Below, in pieces: positions 23,043 to 32,100 of a stretch of 44,595 nucleotides of DNA. The stretch covers positions 1-44,595 of the IMG/VR virus record IMGVR_UViG_3300010234_000020; one strand, 5' to 3'. A program made the translations under genes and the position numbers. The notes under the pieces were generated by a model. The model saw nothing but the letters and a program-made list of their open reading frames with translations, did no database searches and was not told where the DNA came from. Every line of letters begins with the position of its first letter. Position 1 is the first letter of the stretch. Origin of the DNA: a virus (lineage: Duplodnaviria; Caudoviricetes).

Positions 23043-25132
23043 ACACCGAAGGGTGTCCCGCTACCGTCGCCCGTGATCGCGACGTCGTTGATCCGCTGCA
23101 CGTTGGCGTCCACGTGACCGGCCTGGGTGAACGTCAACGAGTCCGTCTTGGCCTTCACCGCGTCCGCGACGGCGTCGAGGGTGTCGATGAGGACCTTGAT
23201 CGCGGCGTTGCCGTGCGTCCCGCTGCCGACGACCGCGAGGATCGAGTCGGCCACCCCATCGACCACCCCCAGGTCCGCCGTGGTCGCGAGGGTCGCGATC
23301 TGGGTGTCCAGGTCCGCCGCAGCCATGCCGACGGCCCCCCGGACCCCGGCGGCGTCGAGGTCGTTCAGGGCGGCGATGGCCGCGACGATGGCGTCCGTGG
23401 CCGCGATGACCAGGGACTGGTCGGCCGGGTCGGTGGGGAGGTTGTCCGTCTTCGCCTTGATCGCGTCCGCGACGGTGTCGAGCGTGTCGAGCTTGCCGTC
23501 GTGCGTGGCGAGAGCCGCAGCGGTGGCGAGCGCCGCGTCTGAGATGGCCGTGTCGGCCTCGGCGTTGATCGCCGGACGGTCGATGCGAGCCGTCTCGGTC
23601 AGCGAGGTCATCCCCGCCGTGTTGTCCGTCACGCTCATCGTGCCACGGATCGATACCGAGGCGTTCACGTTGCAGCCCGACTCGAACACCACCTGCCCCG
23701 CGCCCTCGACGCTCGCCGTGTGGCTTGCGGACAGATTTTCGAAGCCGATGCCGCCGGAGTAGTGGCGGAAGACCACAGTCCCCGCCGCGCCCGTGGCGGT
23801 GCAGACCGGGTAGGAGTTGCCCGCGACCCCCGAGTAGCATCCCTCGAAGATGTTGTTCGTGCTCGTGTCGAGTTCGAAGTCGCCGATGAGCCCGCAGTTG
23901 ATGGCGAGCACGTGGAGAAACGTGACCTCGGCGGCGGGGGCGTCGTTGATGAGGCAGTCCCGCAGCCGCAGGCGGTCGGAGGCATCGTGCTCGCCGTAGA
24001 CCGTGCAGTTGATGATGCGGCACCGGGTCAACGTGGACTGGCTGGCAGCCGTGCCGAGGTTGACCGTCGCCGCGTCGGCAGTCTCGCCTCCGATGATGTC
24101 GTAGTCGGTGAGCGTCTGCCCGGTCAGGGCCAGAGTGGACTGCCCCTGGATGTAAATGCGGTTCACCCCAAGCGACGTGCAGAGAGTAGTGGCAGCGCCG
24201 AGGGTCGAGACCGGGTTGGCCGAGGTGCCGTCGGTGCCCAGCGTCGTGCTGGTGTTGGCTGCCCCGTCGTCGTAGTAGATGCCCGGTCCGTACTGCCCGC
24301 CGTACTTCTGCGCGGGGGCGCCCGTGAGGATGCTGTCCACGGTCGCCTGGGCGGTCGCGAGGGCCGTGGCCGTGGCGAGGTTCGCCTGGGTGGCGATCAT
24401 CGTGTCCTGCTTGGCCTCGGTGGCCGTGCCGAACCCGGTGAACGCGGTGAGTGTCCGGGTGGCGGCGGCCCAGACGTCGGTGGCCGAGTGGATGCTCCAG
24501 TCCGCGAGCTTCTTGCCGATGCTGCCCACGGTCGTCATGCCGGACGTCGCCGCGTTCCAGATCGCCGCCGTGAGGGTCGTGCGCTCGCCGCTCGTCAGGG
24601 CCATCGCGTCCCCGGCCTTGGCCGGTGCGTAGTTGCCCTGGGCGGTGGCGAGGGTCGCCCCGTCGCTTCCGGTCAGGACGTCCAGGTCCGCCTGGGCGGT
24701 CGCGAGGGCCGTGGCGGTGGCGTGGTCCTCCGCCGTGGCGATCAGCACACCGTCGGAGCCGGTGATCGTGTCCAGGTCCGTCTGGGCCGTGGCGAGGGCC
24801 GTGGCGAGGGCTACGTCCTCGATGTCATTGGCGCGCGCCGTGAAGCGCCCCACGACGCCCTTGCCGATCACGCTGTTGACCGTGGCCGTGGCGATGACGG
24901 AGTACGACTTCCCGGCCTCGAAGCCGTTGGCCCCGGTAGCCGCGATGGCGACCCGGTAGTTCCCCGTCTTCGCCGTCCGCTTGACTGCGGTCAGGGCATA
25001 TACGGTCGTGTCGGTCGCATCCTCGAAGACCTCCACCGTCGGGGTCGCGTCGTCGTCGGTTGCCGCGCCGGTGTCGAAGCGGTGCGTGACGAAGTCGAAG
25101 TAGATCGTGTCACCAATGGTCGCTTCCATCAT
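23039..25132 (-). CDS. Virion fibre/spike-like protein, 697 aa
   Basis: Ala/Thr-rich ATALATAQ repeats, central beta-rich region, AIKAKTDNLP/AVKAKTDSL repeats. Confidence 0.65.
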   Translation of the reverse strand: MMEATIGDTIYFDFVTHRFDTGAATDDDATPTVEVFEDATDTTVYALTAVKRTAKTGNYRVAIAATGANGFEAGKSYSVIATATVNSVIGKGVVGRFTARANDIEDVALATALATAQTDLDTITGSDGVLIATAEDHATATALATAQADLDVLTGSDGATLATAQGNYAPAKAGDAMALTSGERTTLTAAIWNAATSGMTTVGSIGKKLADWSIHSATDVWAAATRTLTAFTGFGTATEAKQDTMIATQANLATATALATAQATVDSILTGAPAQKYGGQYGPGIYYDDGAANTSTTLGTDGTSANPVSTLGAATTLCTSLGVNRIYIQGQSTLALTGQTLTDYDIIGGETADAATVNLGTAASQSTLTRCRIINCTVYGEHDASDRLRLRDCLINDAPAAEVTFLHVLAINCGLIGDFELDTSTNNIFEGCYSGVAGNSYPVCTATGAAGTVVFRHYSGGIGFENLSASHTASVEGAGQVVFESGCNVNASVSIRGTMSVTDNTAGMTSLTETARIDRPAINAEADTAISDAALATAAALATHDGKLDTLDTVADAIKAKTDNLPTDPADQSLVIAATDAIVAAIAALNDLDAAGVRGAVGMAAADLDTQIATLATTADLGVVDGVADSILAVVGSGTHGNAAIKVLIDTLDAVADAVKAKTDSLTFTQAGHVDANVQRINDVAITGDGSGTPFGV

Positions 25133-26553
25133 ACGCCTCCCACGGCCCGGACGATCGCCCCGCCGATGATGCTACACCCTCCAGCGCTGCCCCCGCCCCC
25201 GGCCGCCGGGGCCATCGGCCCCATCGTTGTCCCCGTCGAGGGTATCGTCCCGTCTCGGCTTGGGGGTCGGAGACCGGTGCCGTACACGGCTGCCGAGTCG
25301 GACGACGGCAACCAGTCCTCGGTGCCAGACGTGATATTCGTCAGGCCCGGGTCTCCGGTCGTGTTGTTCGTGCCGTACGCGATCGTGGTGTTCGCGTTCG
25401 CCTCCGAGATGCCAGCCGACCCGTCGTAGATCGCGCCGCTCGTGTTGTTGTAGTAGTGGTTGTAGTCCACCGGGAGGGGGGCGTCGCCCTGGTATCCCGT
25501 GGACTTGACTCGCAGGCCGTAATCACCATTCCCGACAAGGACGTTGTTGTATATCACAGTCGAGGACGCAATTCCCTGGTTCTGATCCGAGTAGATACCG
25601 TCTCCGGTGCAGTTGATAATGACGTTACCGATGGCCCGCTGGTTGTAGTTGACCTCGATGCCGTCTCCGGAGGCCCCGATGATGACGTTGAACAGCCCAT
25701 CGGAACCCGCCGCCGCCAGATCGAGAGCGGGCGACTTGGTGCAGTCGATGAACGTGCAGGACCACGCAGAGGCATACGAAGACGCCATTACAAGACCAGG
25801 ACCCTCAAAAAAGCACTGGGTGAACTGGTAGTTCGACCGGGCTCGGACATACCTTGCCGTCGCGGTTGTCTCGATGAACCCGCACCGGAACCAGTCCACG
25901 TTCGATGTGGATGTCCCCGCCGATGTAATGAAGTCCGCAGAAGTTGCGTTGTTGTTCCCGTCGAACTCGATGTCTTCCCAGATTGTGTAGTCGCCCTTGC
26001 CGTTGAAATACATGACCCGAGACACCGAGGCCGATATCTGGATTACATATCGACCGTTATTCCGCTCGATCACCCCGGTCGTGCCATTGGCGGCAACGAT
26101 GGAGATGGGAGCGGTGGAGGTGCCGTCGTTCAAGTCCACGTCGATCTGAGCGGCGGATGTTTCGTGGGGGCTTGACCCCTCCTTGCAGCACCTGAGGGTG
26201 TCCCCCGCCGTGGCCGTGTCCAGGCCCTTCTGGATCGTCAGGAATGCGCCCGACGCGGACGTCACATCTGCGGTCGAGTCGGACCCCGCGCTCGCCGCGA
26301 GGAGTATCACGTCGTTCGACACCTTCGACGCGATGCCGTACAGGCCCGCCGTGATCCCCGCGCCGCCGCTCAGGTATATCGTGTCGCCAGAGACCCAGGT
26401 GTATCCGGTGAACGCGCCTGTCTCGCTCAGACGGTAGTCACCATCGCCGTGCCCGAGATCGTCATACGATCCCGCCGTCAGGCCGAACCCGTGGAAGTCC
26501 AGGCCGTCGTTCGTGTCGCTGCCGTTCGTGGGGCGTACGAAATAGTTGGCCAT
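25129..26553 (-). CDS. Right-handed parallel beta-helix (pectin-lyase-like) protein, putative depolymerase/spike
   Basis: YFVRPTNGSDTNDG, FLTIQKGLDTATAGD, repeated GDGI..GNVI..GDGI..YNNV..GDYGL. Confidence 0.8.
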   Translation of the reverse strand: MANYFVRPTNGSDTNDGLDFHGFGLTAGSYDDLGHGDGDYRLSETGAFTGYTWVSGDTIYLSGGAGITAGLYGIASKVSNDVILLAASAGSDSTADVTSASGAFLTIQKGLDTATAGDTLRCCKEGSSPHETSAAQIDVDLNDGTSTAPISIVAANGTTGVIERNNGRYVIQISASVSRVMYFNGKGDYTIWEDIEFDGNNNATSADFITSAGTSTSNVDWFRCGFIETTATARYVRARSNYQFTQCFFEGPGLVMASSYASAWSCTFIDCTKSPALDLAAAGSDGLFNVIIGASGDGIEVNYNQRAIGNVIINCTGDGIYSDQNQGIASSTVIYNNVLVGNGDYGLRVKSTGYQGDAPLPVDYNHYYNNTSGAIYDGSAGISEANANTTIAYGTNNTTGDPGLTNITSGTEDWLPSSDSAAVYGTGLRPPSRDGTIPSTGTTMGPMAPAAGGGGSAGGCSIIGGAIVRAVGGV

Positions 26554-27113
26554 CAGGGCCTCCGGGACATCGCGTACAGAATGGCGCTGGCGGGGACGAT
26601 GTCGGCCAGGCGGCGGTCGTTTTCGTACGTCGCCCGGATGAGACCCACGAGGCGGCCCTGGTGATCGAACACCCCCGACCCGCTATCACCCCGGGAGATC
26701 CATCCGTCCGACAGGGCGACCGACCGGCCATCGACCGCCGTGGCGGGGATGTTCCGGTGAGCCAGGCGCACCGTGACCGGGGTGCCCTCGACCAGGGGGA
26801 CGCGCCGAACCGGAGCGGGGATGCGCCGGGGGCCGCCCCCGTAGTTTTCGACGCGCAACAGTGCGACGTCGGACGTGGGGGACATCCACTCCACCTCGGT
26901 CGGGCCGATGCCCACCACGCGGGCCTCGCCACGCGGTACGACGTGGGCGGCCGTGACGATCCATCTGCCGACCGACTCGCCCCGCCCCCGGGAACCGGTC
27001 GAGCGGACGTCCCACCCGCCGCTGTCGTCGCATGGGGACGCGCAGGCGCCCGCCAGGACGACGACGGCGACAAGCACGGCTCGTGCGATCCGGGGCGCCC
27101 ACCGTGCGGGCAT
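26553..27113 (-). CDS. Lipoprotein trypsin-like (S1) serine protease, 186 aa
   Basis: Signal peptide with lipobox LAGAC; triad motifs TAAH, DVALL, GDSGS; coupled on both sides. Confidence 0.88.
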   Translation of the reverse strand: MPARWAPRIARAVLVAVVVLAGACASPCDDSGGWDVRSTGSRGRGESVGRWIVTAAHVVPRGEARVVGIGPTEVEWMSPTSDVALLRVENYGGGPRRIPAPVRRVPLVEGTPVTVRLAHRNIPATAVDGRSVALSDGWISRGDSGSGVFDHQGRLVGLIRATYENDRRLADIVPASAILYAMSRRP

Positions 27114-27826
27114 CACTTCCGCTCCCTGATCTCGTTGAGGCGCCGTTCGATCACGTGCAGGCGCTCGCGCTCCTCGTCCCATCGGCGGTCGAGCCGCTCC
27201 TCGAACCGGCCCTGCATCTGCGCGTCCCACCGGGTCGCGGACACCTTATCCATCTGCTTTTCGATGCGGTCGAGCCGCGTCACGAGCGGGACGTTGAGCA
27301 GGCGCATTTCCTGCTGGAGGCGACGGTCGATGTTCTCGACCTGAGACCCGATCCGCGAGTCCAGGATCAGCATTTCGTGCTGAAGCGTCGCGTCCAGATG
27401 CACGACGCGGTCGTCCGTGATCTGGCGGTGAGCGATGGCCCCGCCCTCGGCCCTCGCGGCACTCACGCGCGCCTCGCGCATCTTGACGACGTTCGCCTCG
27501 ATGCGCGCCTGGTTGGCGTCGTACTGCCACGCGACGACGCCGAAGAAGCCGGTGATGACCGTCAACGACAGGCCGCCGATCGTCAGCACCAGGGCGGCGA
27601 TGCCGATGATGACATTCCAGGGCGTCCGCTGACCCGTTGAGATCTTGTCGCCCAGGGCGACGATCATCCCACGCAGCCCGCCGATCTCCGCCTTGATCTC
27701 CTGGATCTCGCGGCCCTGGCTACGCAACGTCGCGCGGATCGCTTCGTTGCTTCGGGTCTCCACCTCGGTCATCGCGTGGAGCCTTCGCTCGAGTGCGTCA
27801 AGGGCGGGGAGGGCGCGGTGAGGCAT
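27113..27826 (-). CDS. Membrane-anchored coiled-coil protein (possible holin/spanin-like)
   Basis: Coiled coil, long hydrophobic segment WNVIIGIAALVLTIGGLSLTVITGFFGVVAW, then another coiled coil; start may be 27772. Confidence 0.65.
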   Translation of the reverse strand: MPHRALPALDALERRLHAMTEVETRSNEAIRATLRSQGREIQEIKAEIGGLRGMIVALGDKISTGQRTPWNVIIGIAALVLTIGGLSLTVITGFFGVVAWQYDANQARIEANVVKMREARVSAARAEGGAIAHRQITDDRVVHLDATLQHEMLILDSRIGSQVENIDRRLQQEMRLLNVPLVTRLDRIEKQMDKVSATRWDAQMQGRFEERLDRRWDEERERLHVIERRLNEIRERK

Positions 27827-27893
27827 GGTCGGGCATGGGGGGATTGCCCCACATCAGACACACACGACAGCCGCGCGCGGCGCCCGCCAGTAT

Positions 27894-28088
27894 TCACTTG
27901 TTCTTCTCGCGGCTCGCGACGATCTCGGCCGCCCGTTGTCGCGCGATGTCGCGCTCCGCCTCGGTCGAGTCGTCGCGAACGGTAACGACGGTCACGCGCT
28001 CGCCAACGCGGACGAGCGTGCCGGTGAACGTGGCACCGTACTGCTTGTCCGTGATGACGTAGATCCCGTCGTTACCGAACCGGGCCAC
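27894..28088 (-). CDS. Hypothetical protein, 64 aa
   Basis: Start overlaps the upstream stop. Confidence 0.55.
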   Translation of the reverse strand: MARFGNDGIYVITDKQYGATFTGTLVRVGERVTVVTVRDDSTEAERDIARQRAAEIVASREKNK

Positions 28089-28669
28089 TACTGCCCCGGC
28101 GCCGGGAAGCCCGACAGGTTGACCGGCGGGCTCACGTCGTTCCCGGGCGTGGACGTGTCCGTCTTGCCCTGGGTGCCCGAACCGGCCTGCTCGCCCTGGG
28201 GCGACTGCTCGATGTTGGCGCTGACGGTCCCGTAGTTCAGGACCAGCGGCCCGCTGGCCCCGTCCTCCACGATGGTCGTGAACAGGGGCTTGCCCTCGTC
28301 ATCGAGCACCGGCTGTCCGGTCCGGTCGAGAACGGGCGCGGTGACCGTGCGCTTGGAGCCCTTGCCCGCGTCGCGGTAGTGGCCGAACACCCCTCCCCAT
28401 GCGGTATTCGTCACGGTGCCCTGGGACGTGTCCTGCTCCTGCGCCCCCGTCTGGGACGTGGCGCACGCGCCGAGGATCATCGCGCACATCAGGACCGCAG
28501 CGGCCTTCGGGGCGATCTTGGCGATCCCCGCGCGCATGGTGCCCAGGCCGATGGCCGACAGGAGAACGTAGACCCACTCGGGGACCTCGTATCCCATGGC
28601 ATGCGCGAACGCGAGGCACGCGGCGACGGCCGCGACGAGGTAGGTCTTCTTGTGGGGCAGGATGCTCAT
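28088..28669 (-). CDS. Holin-like two-TM domain fused to a lipobox-bearing extension, 193 aa
   Basis: KKTYLVAAVAACLAFAHAMGYEVPEWVYVLLSAIGLGTMRAGIAK, then AAAVLMCAMILGAC; RBS AAGGAG before ATG 28669. Confidence 0.6.
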   Translation of the reverse strand: MSILPHKKTYLVAAVAACLAFAHAMGYEVPEWVYVLLSAIGLGTMRAGIAKIAPKAAAVLMCAMILGACATSQTGAQEQDTSQGTVTNTAWGGVFGHYRDAGKGSKRTVTAPVLDRTGQPVLDDEGKPLFTTIVEDGASGPLVLNYGTVSANIEQSPQGEQAGSGTQGKTDTSTPGNDVSPPVNLSGFPAPGQ

Positions 28670-28756
28670 GTCTTCACTCCTTGGTGATCGCGGACAGTCG
28701 TCCGCACCCCCCAATGGTGTCACGCGAGGGGGTATTCGGGAAGACGTCTGGCGCGG

Positions 28757-29164
28757 TTAGGCGGACGGACCAGACGCGTACGCGGTCAGAGACCACGGCT
28801 TGCTCAGCGGGTACACGGCCGACCCGATGAACCCGACCACCCGGGCCTTGTACTCGGTGTCCGCCGCGAACCCGTCGCCGGTGGTCGGCGTGAAGGTGAA
28901 CTTGACCCGGGACTGCGTGCCGCCCACGGCCGGGGGATACAGGTGGTCCGTGTCGGTCAGAACGGCACCGGTCACGTCCTTGAGGGCGGAGGCGTCGTCG
29001 TCGGTCGCGTAGAGGAGCAGGTGGACCGAGTCGAACGACGACAAGTCCACCCCGACGATCAAGTCCGCGTCGAGATCGGTGATGAGTCCGGTCCAGACCA
29101 TGACGTCCCCGAGGTACATCTCGCGGTAGTACTCGGCTTCGCGTTCCTGTGTTCCTGCGCCCAT
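28757..29164 (-). CDS. Small virion protein, Ig/BppU-N-like, 135 aa
   Basis: Follows the tail fibre; beta-rich MYLGD..VDLS..VKFTFTPT..DTEYKARV. Confidence 0.55.
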   Translation of the reverse strand: MGAGTQEREAEYYREMYLGDVMVWTGLITDLDADLIVGVDLSSFDSVHLLLYATDDDASALKDVTGAVLTDTDHLYPPAVGGTQSRVKFTFTPTTGDGFAADTEYKARVVGFIGSAVYPLSKPWSLTAYASGPSA

Positions 29165-29178
29165 GATGCCCTCGCGTG

Positions 29179-32100
29179 TTACGTGCCCAGTCGATGGATG
29201 GAAAGGTCAGCCTCGGTGATCGTCACCGAGTCCGAGTCGTTCGTGGACGTCACGAACACCTCGATCACGTCGGTCGCCGCCAGGGCGAGTATCCCCCCGA
29301 ACGAGATCTGATGGACGCCCGACCCCGCCGTCAGTTTCCCGATGAGCGTCGTCGCGGCTCCGTTTTTGTAAACCTTGAACTGCACGAGGGAGCCGGAGTT
29401 CCCCGTGAAGGTCGCGTCGAAGTCAATGCGGAAATCCCCGGAATTCCCCGAGTCGATCGTGAGGTCATTGTCCGTTGTCGGGTCCACCGTCACGCCCGAG
29501 GCCGGGCTCGCCGTCGTGAACTGATCGACCTGATAGAACGTCCCGCCCGTCGTGATCGTCGTGGAGCCCGACCCACCCGTGACGTACATCCCGCCATATA
29601 CCGGCCCCGGCGTGTTCGTCGCGCCGTCCTCGACGTTGAGGAGGGTCCGGGCCTGCGTCGGCGTGAGTTGCTCGCGAGAGCCCGCACCCGTCGAGACGCG
29701 ACCGACGATGACGTCCTGCGCGATGGTCTCCTGCTTGACGGCCGTCACGGCGCCGTCGGCGATGTCGGCCGTGCCGACGGACGACTCGGTCGCCAGGCCG
29801 CCGAGGCCGAGGGTCGCTCGCGCGGCCGCCTCGTCCGCGTCATCGACCAGCGACGCCCCGAAGGTCGAGATTGTCGTGGAGGCCGGGAGGGTCAGGGTCT
29901 TGAGGTCGGCATCCACCTCGCTGTCCATCAGCGCGCCCGCCGCCGTGACGTTCGCCGTGTCGGTGACGTCCGCACCGGCCTCGATGCCCGCGAGCTTCGT
30001 GACCGCCGCGTCATCGAAGGCGTTGGTGTTCGCCTCAGCCTCGTATGCGGCTTTGATCTCGGCGCCCGTCTGGTCGGCGGTCGCGCCCGACTCGATCCCG
30101 TCCACCTTCGTCTTCAGGGCCGAACCCGCCAGGGCGGCCGGTGTAACGGCGCGCGTCGTATCCGTGCCGGTGTCCACCTCGGCGGTGGTCGCCAGCTCGA
30201 CCACTCCCTCGATCGTGGTGGTGGCGCTCGGCTCGGCCCCCGTGTACCCGGCGTCGTTGGTGAGGGCCGAGACGTTGTCGCCGGGCTGTATCGCCGTCGC
30301 GGCGAGGTCGCCCTCAGCCCCGGTCGCGTAGTCGGACTCCACGAAGTCCGTGATCTCCGACTTGGTGTGCGTGTGCGCCGTGGGCGTGCGCGCATCGGCC
30401 AGGCGGGTGTCGCTGCCCTTCACCACCTCACCGGCCGCCGCGTCGCCGACTGCGGGAACGTCGTGGGATGCGGCGGTCCCCGCGTCGCTGATCGTCGCCA
30501 GGTTCTGGGTGCCCGTGTGCGTCGATCGGTCCCGGAGGTTCGCGTCGGTGTCGTTCGCGGTCGCCCCGTCCTCCACGTTGATCAGGGTTCGGACGTCGGT
30601 GGCGGTGAGGGCCTCGACGTCCCCGGTGGCGGCGGTCGTTCGGCCGAGGATGATGTCGGTGGCGATGTGCGCCATCTTCGCCAGGGTCACGGCCTCGTCG
30701 GCGATGGTGAGGACGGTCGCCCCGGTCACGTCGCCCGTGTGCGTCGCGTTCGTGACTTTCGCCGTGTTCGCCGTGACCTCGCCCCGCATGGCGGAGTTCT
30801 CGAGCGTGCTCGGGGTGACGACGCGCGACGTGTCCGTCCCGGCGTCCACCTCCACCTGGGTCGCGATCTCCACGACACCGGCGACCGACGTGGTGGCGGG
30901 TACCTCGTCGCCGGTGTTCGTGCCCGACGTGTTCGTGATCGTCGTGCGCTCGGCGGACGTCAGGATCAAGTTCGTCGCGCCCTCGACCATGTTGTCGAAG
31001 TCGAAGACGTCACCCGCGATGCCGCCCGGGTCGTACGTCGCGGCGACCATGTCCCCACCGGACGAGGCGAAATCGGAGATCAGGGCCTTCTTGAGGGCGC
31101 CATCGGTGGCGTCGAGGATGAGGACGTGGTCGGCCCCGACGGCCGTGACGAGTCCCTTGTTGCTGATCGCCACCGGATCGACGGTCAGGGCCGCGTCCCC
31201 GGTGACCTCGCCCGTGTGCGTGGCGTTCGCGGCGGGGAACGTCTGGACCCCCGCCACCACCGTCCGAACGGTCGTCGTGCCACCGGCGCCGTCGTGGTGG
31301 GTCTCGGTCAGCGTGTCGGTGGCGATGTCGTACGCGACGGCGTGCCCCTGCAGGACCTCGCCGGTGCGGAAGTCGGGGAGTCCGTGCCCGAGTTGCGTGC
31401 CCGGCCCCATGAGGAACGTGGTGGTCGAGATGTCCACGTCGCCCGGCTCGAAGTCGTCGGCCGAGTCGGCCATCGACACCTCGGGCGGGAGGAACATCGC
31501 GCCGCCCGTCGCCGTGCCACCGACGGCCCGGGACGCGCCGGGCTCCTGGGTGTAGACGTGACCGCGCGACGTGCCGCCCATCGGGTCGGACGCCGTCGGG
31601 ATCTCACCGTCCTGGGCGGCCCACGTGTGGAGTCGCCACGCGAGGGGGGCGGTGGCGTCCCACTCGGCGATGACGTCCGGGTTCTTGGTGTGCGGGACGT
31701 CCCGGAGGTTCGCGGCCACGACGGGGGCACGGCCGCCGATGATCGGCAGGGCGAGTTCGAGGTGGGTCGCGGCCTTGTAGTCGGTCGAGGCCGTGTCGTG
31801 CGCCGTCCCGTCCTCGTACGTGACCTGCTCGGGGTGTTCCTTCGGACCGTTCGGCTCCCCCCTCACCCGCTCGTCGTAGTTCGGAACGCGGACCCCGTCG
31901 TCGCCCCGCCGGAACGGCTCGAAGTCCGTGCCACGGGTCCATCCACGGTTCGGGTCGCCGTTCCGGTCCGGCACGCCCTTCCGCTTTTTCTTCTTCTTCT
32001 TGCGCCGCTCGACCCCGAGGCGGTTCTTGCCCCAGTTCGGGGTGCCGTCCTTGTCCTTGGGCTCGAACGCCGTTCCGCGCGTCCATCCGAAGTTCGGGTC

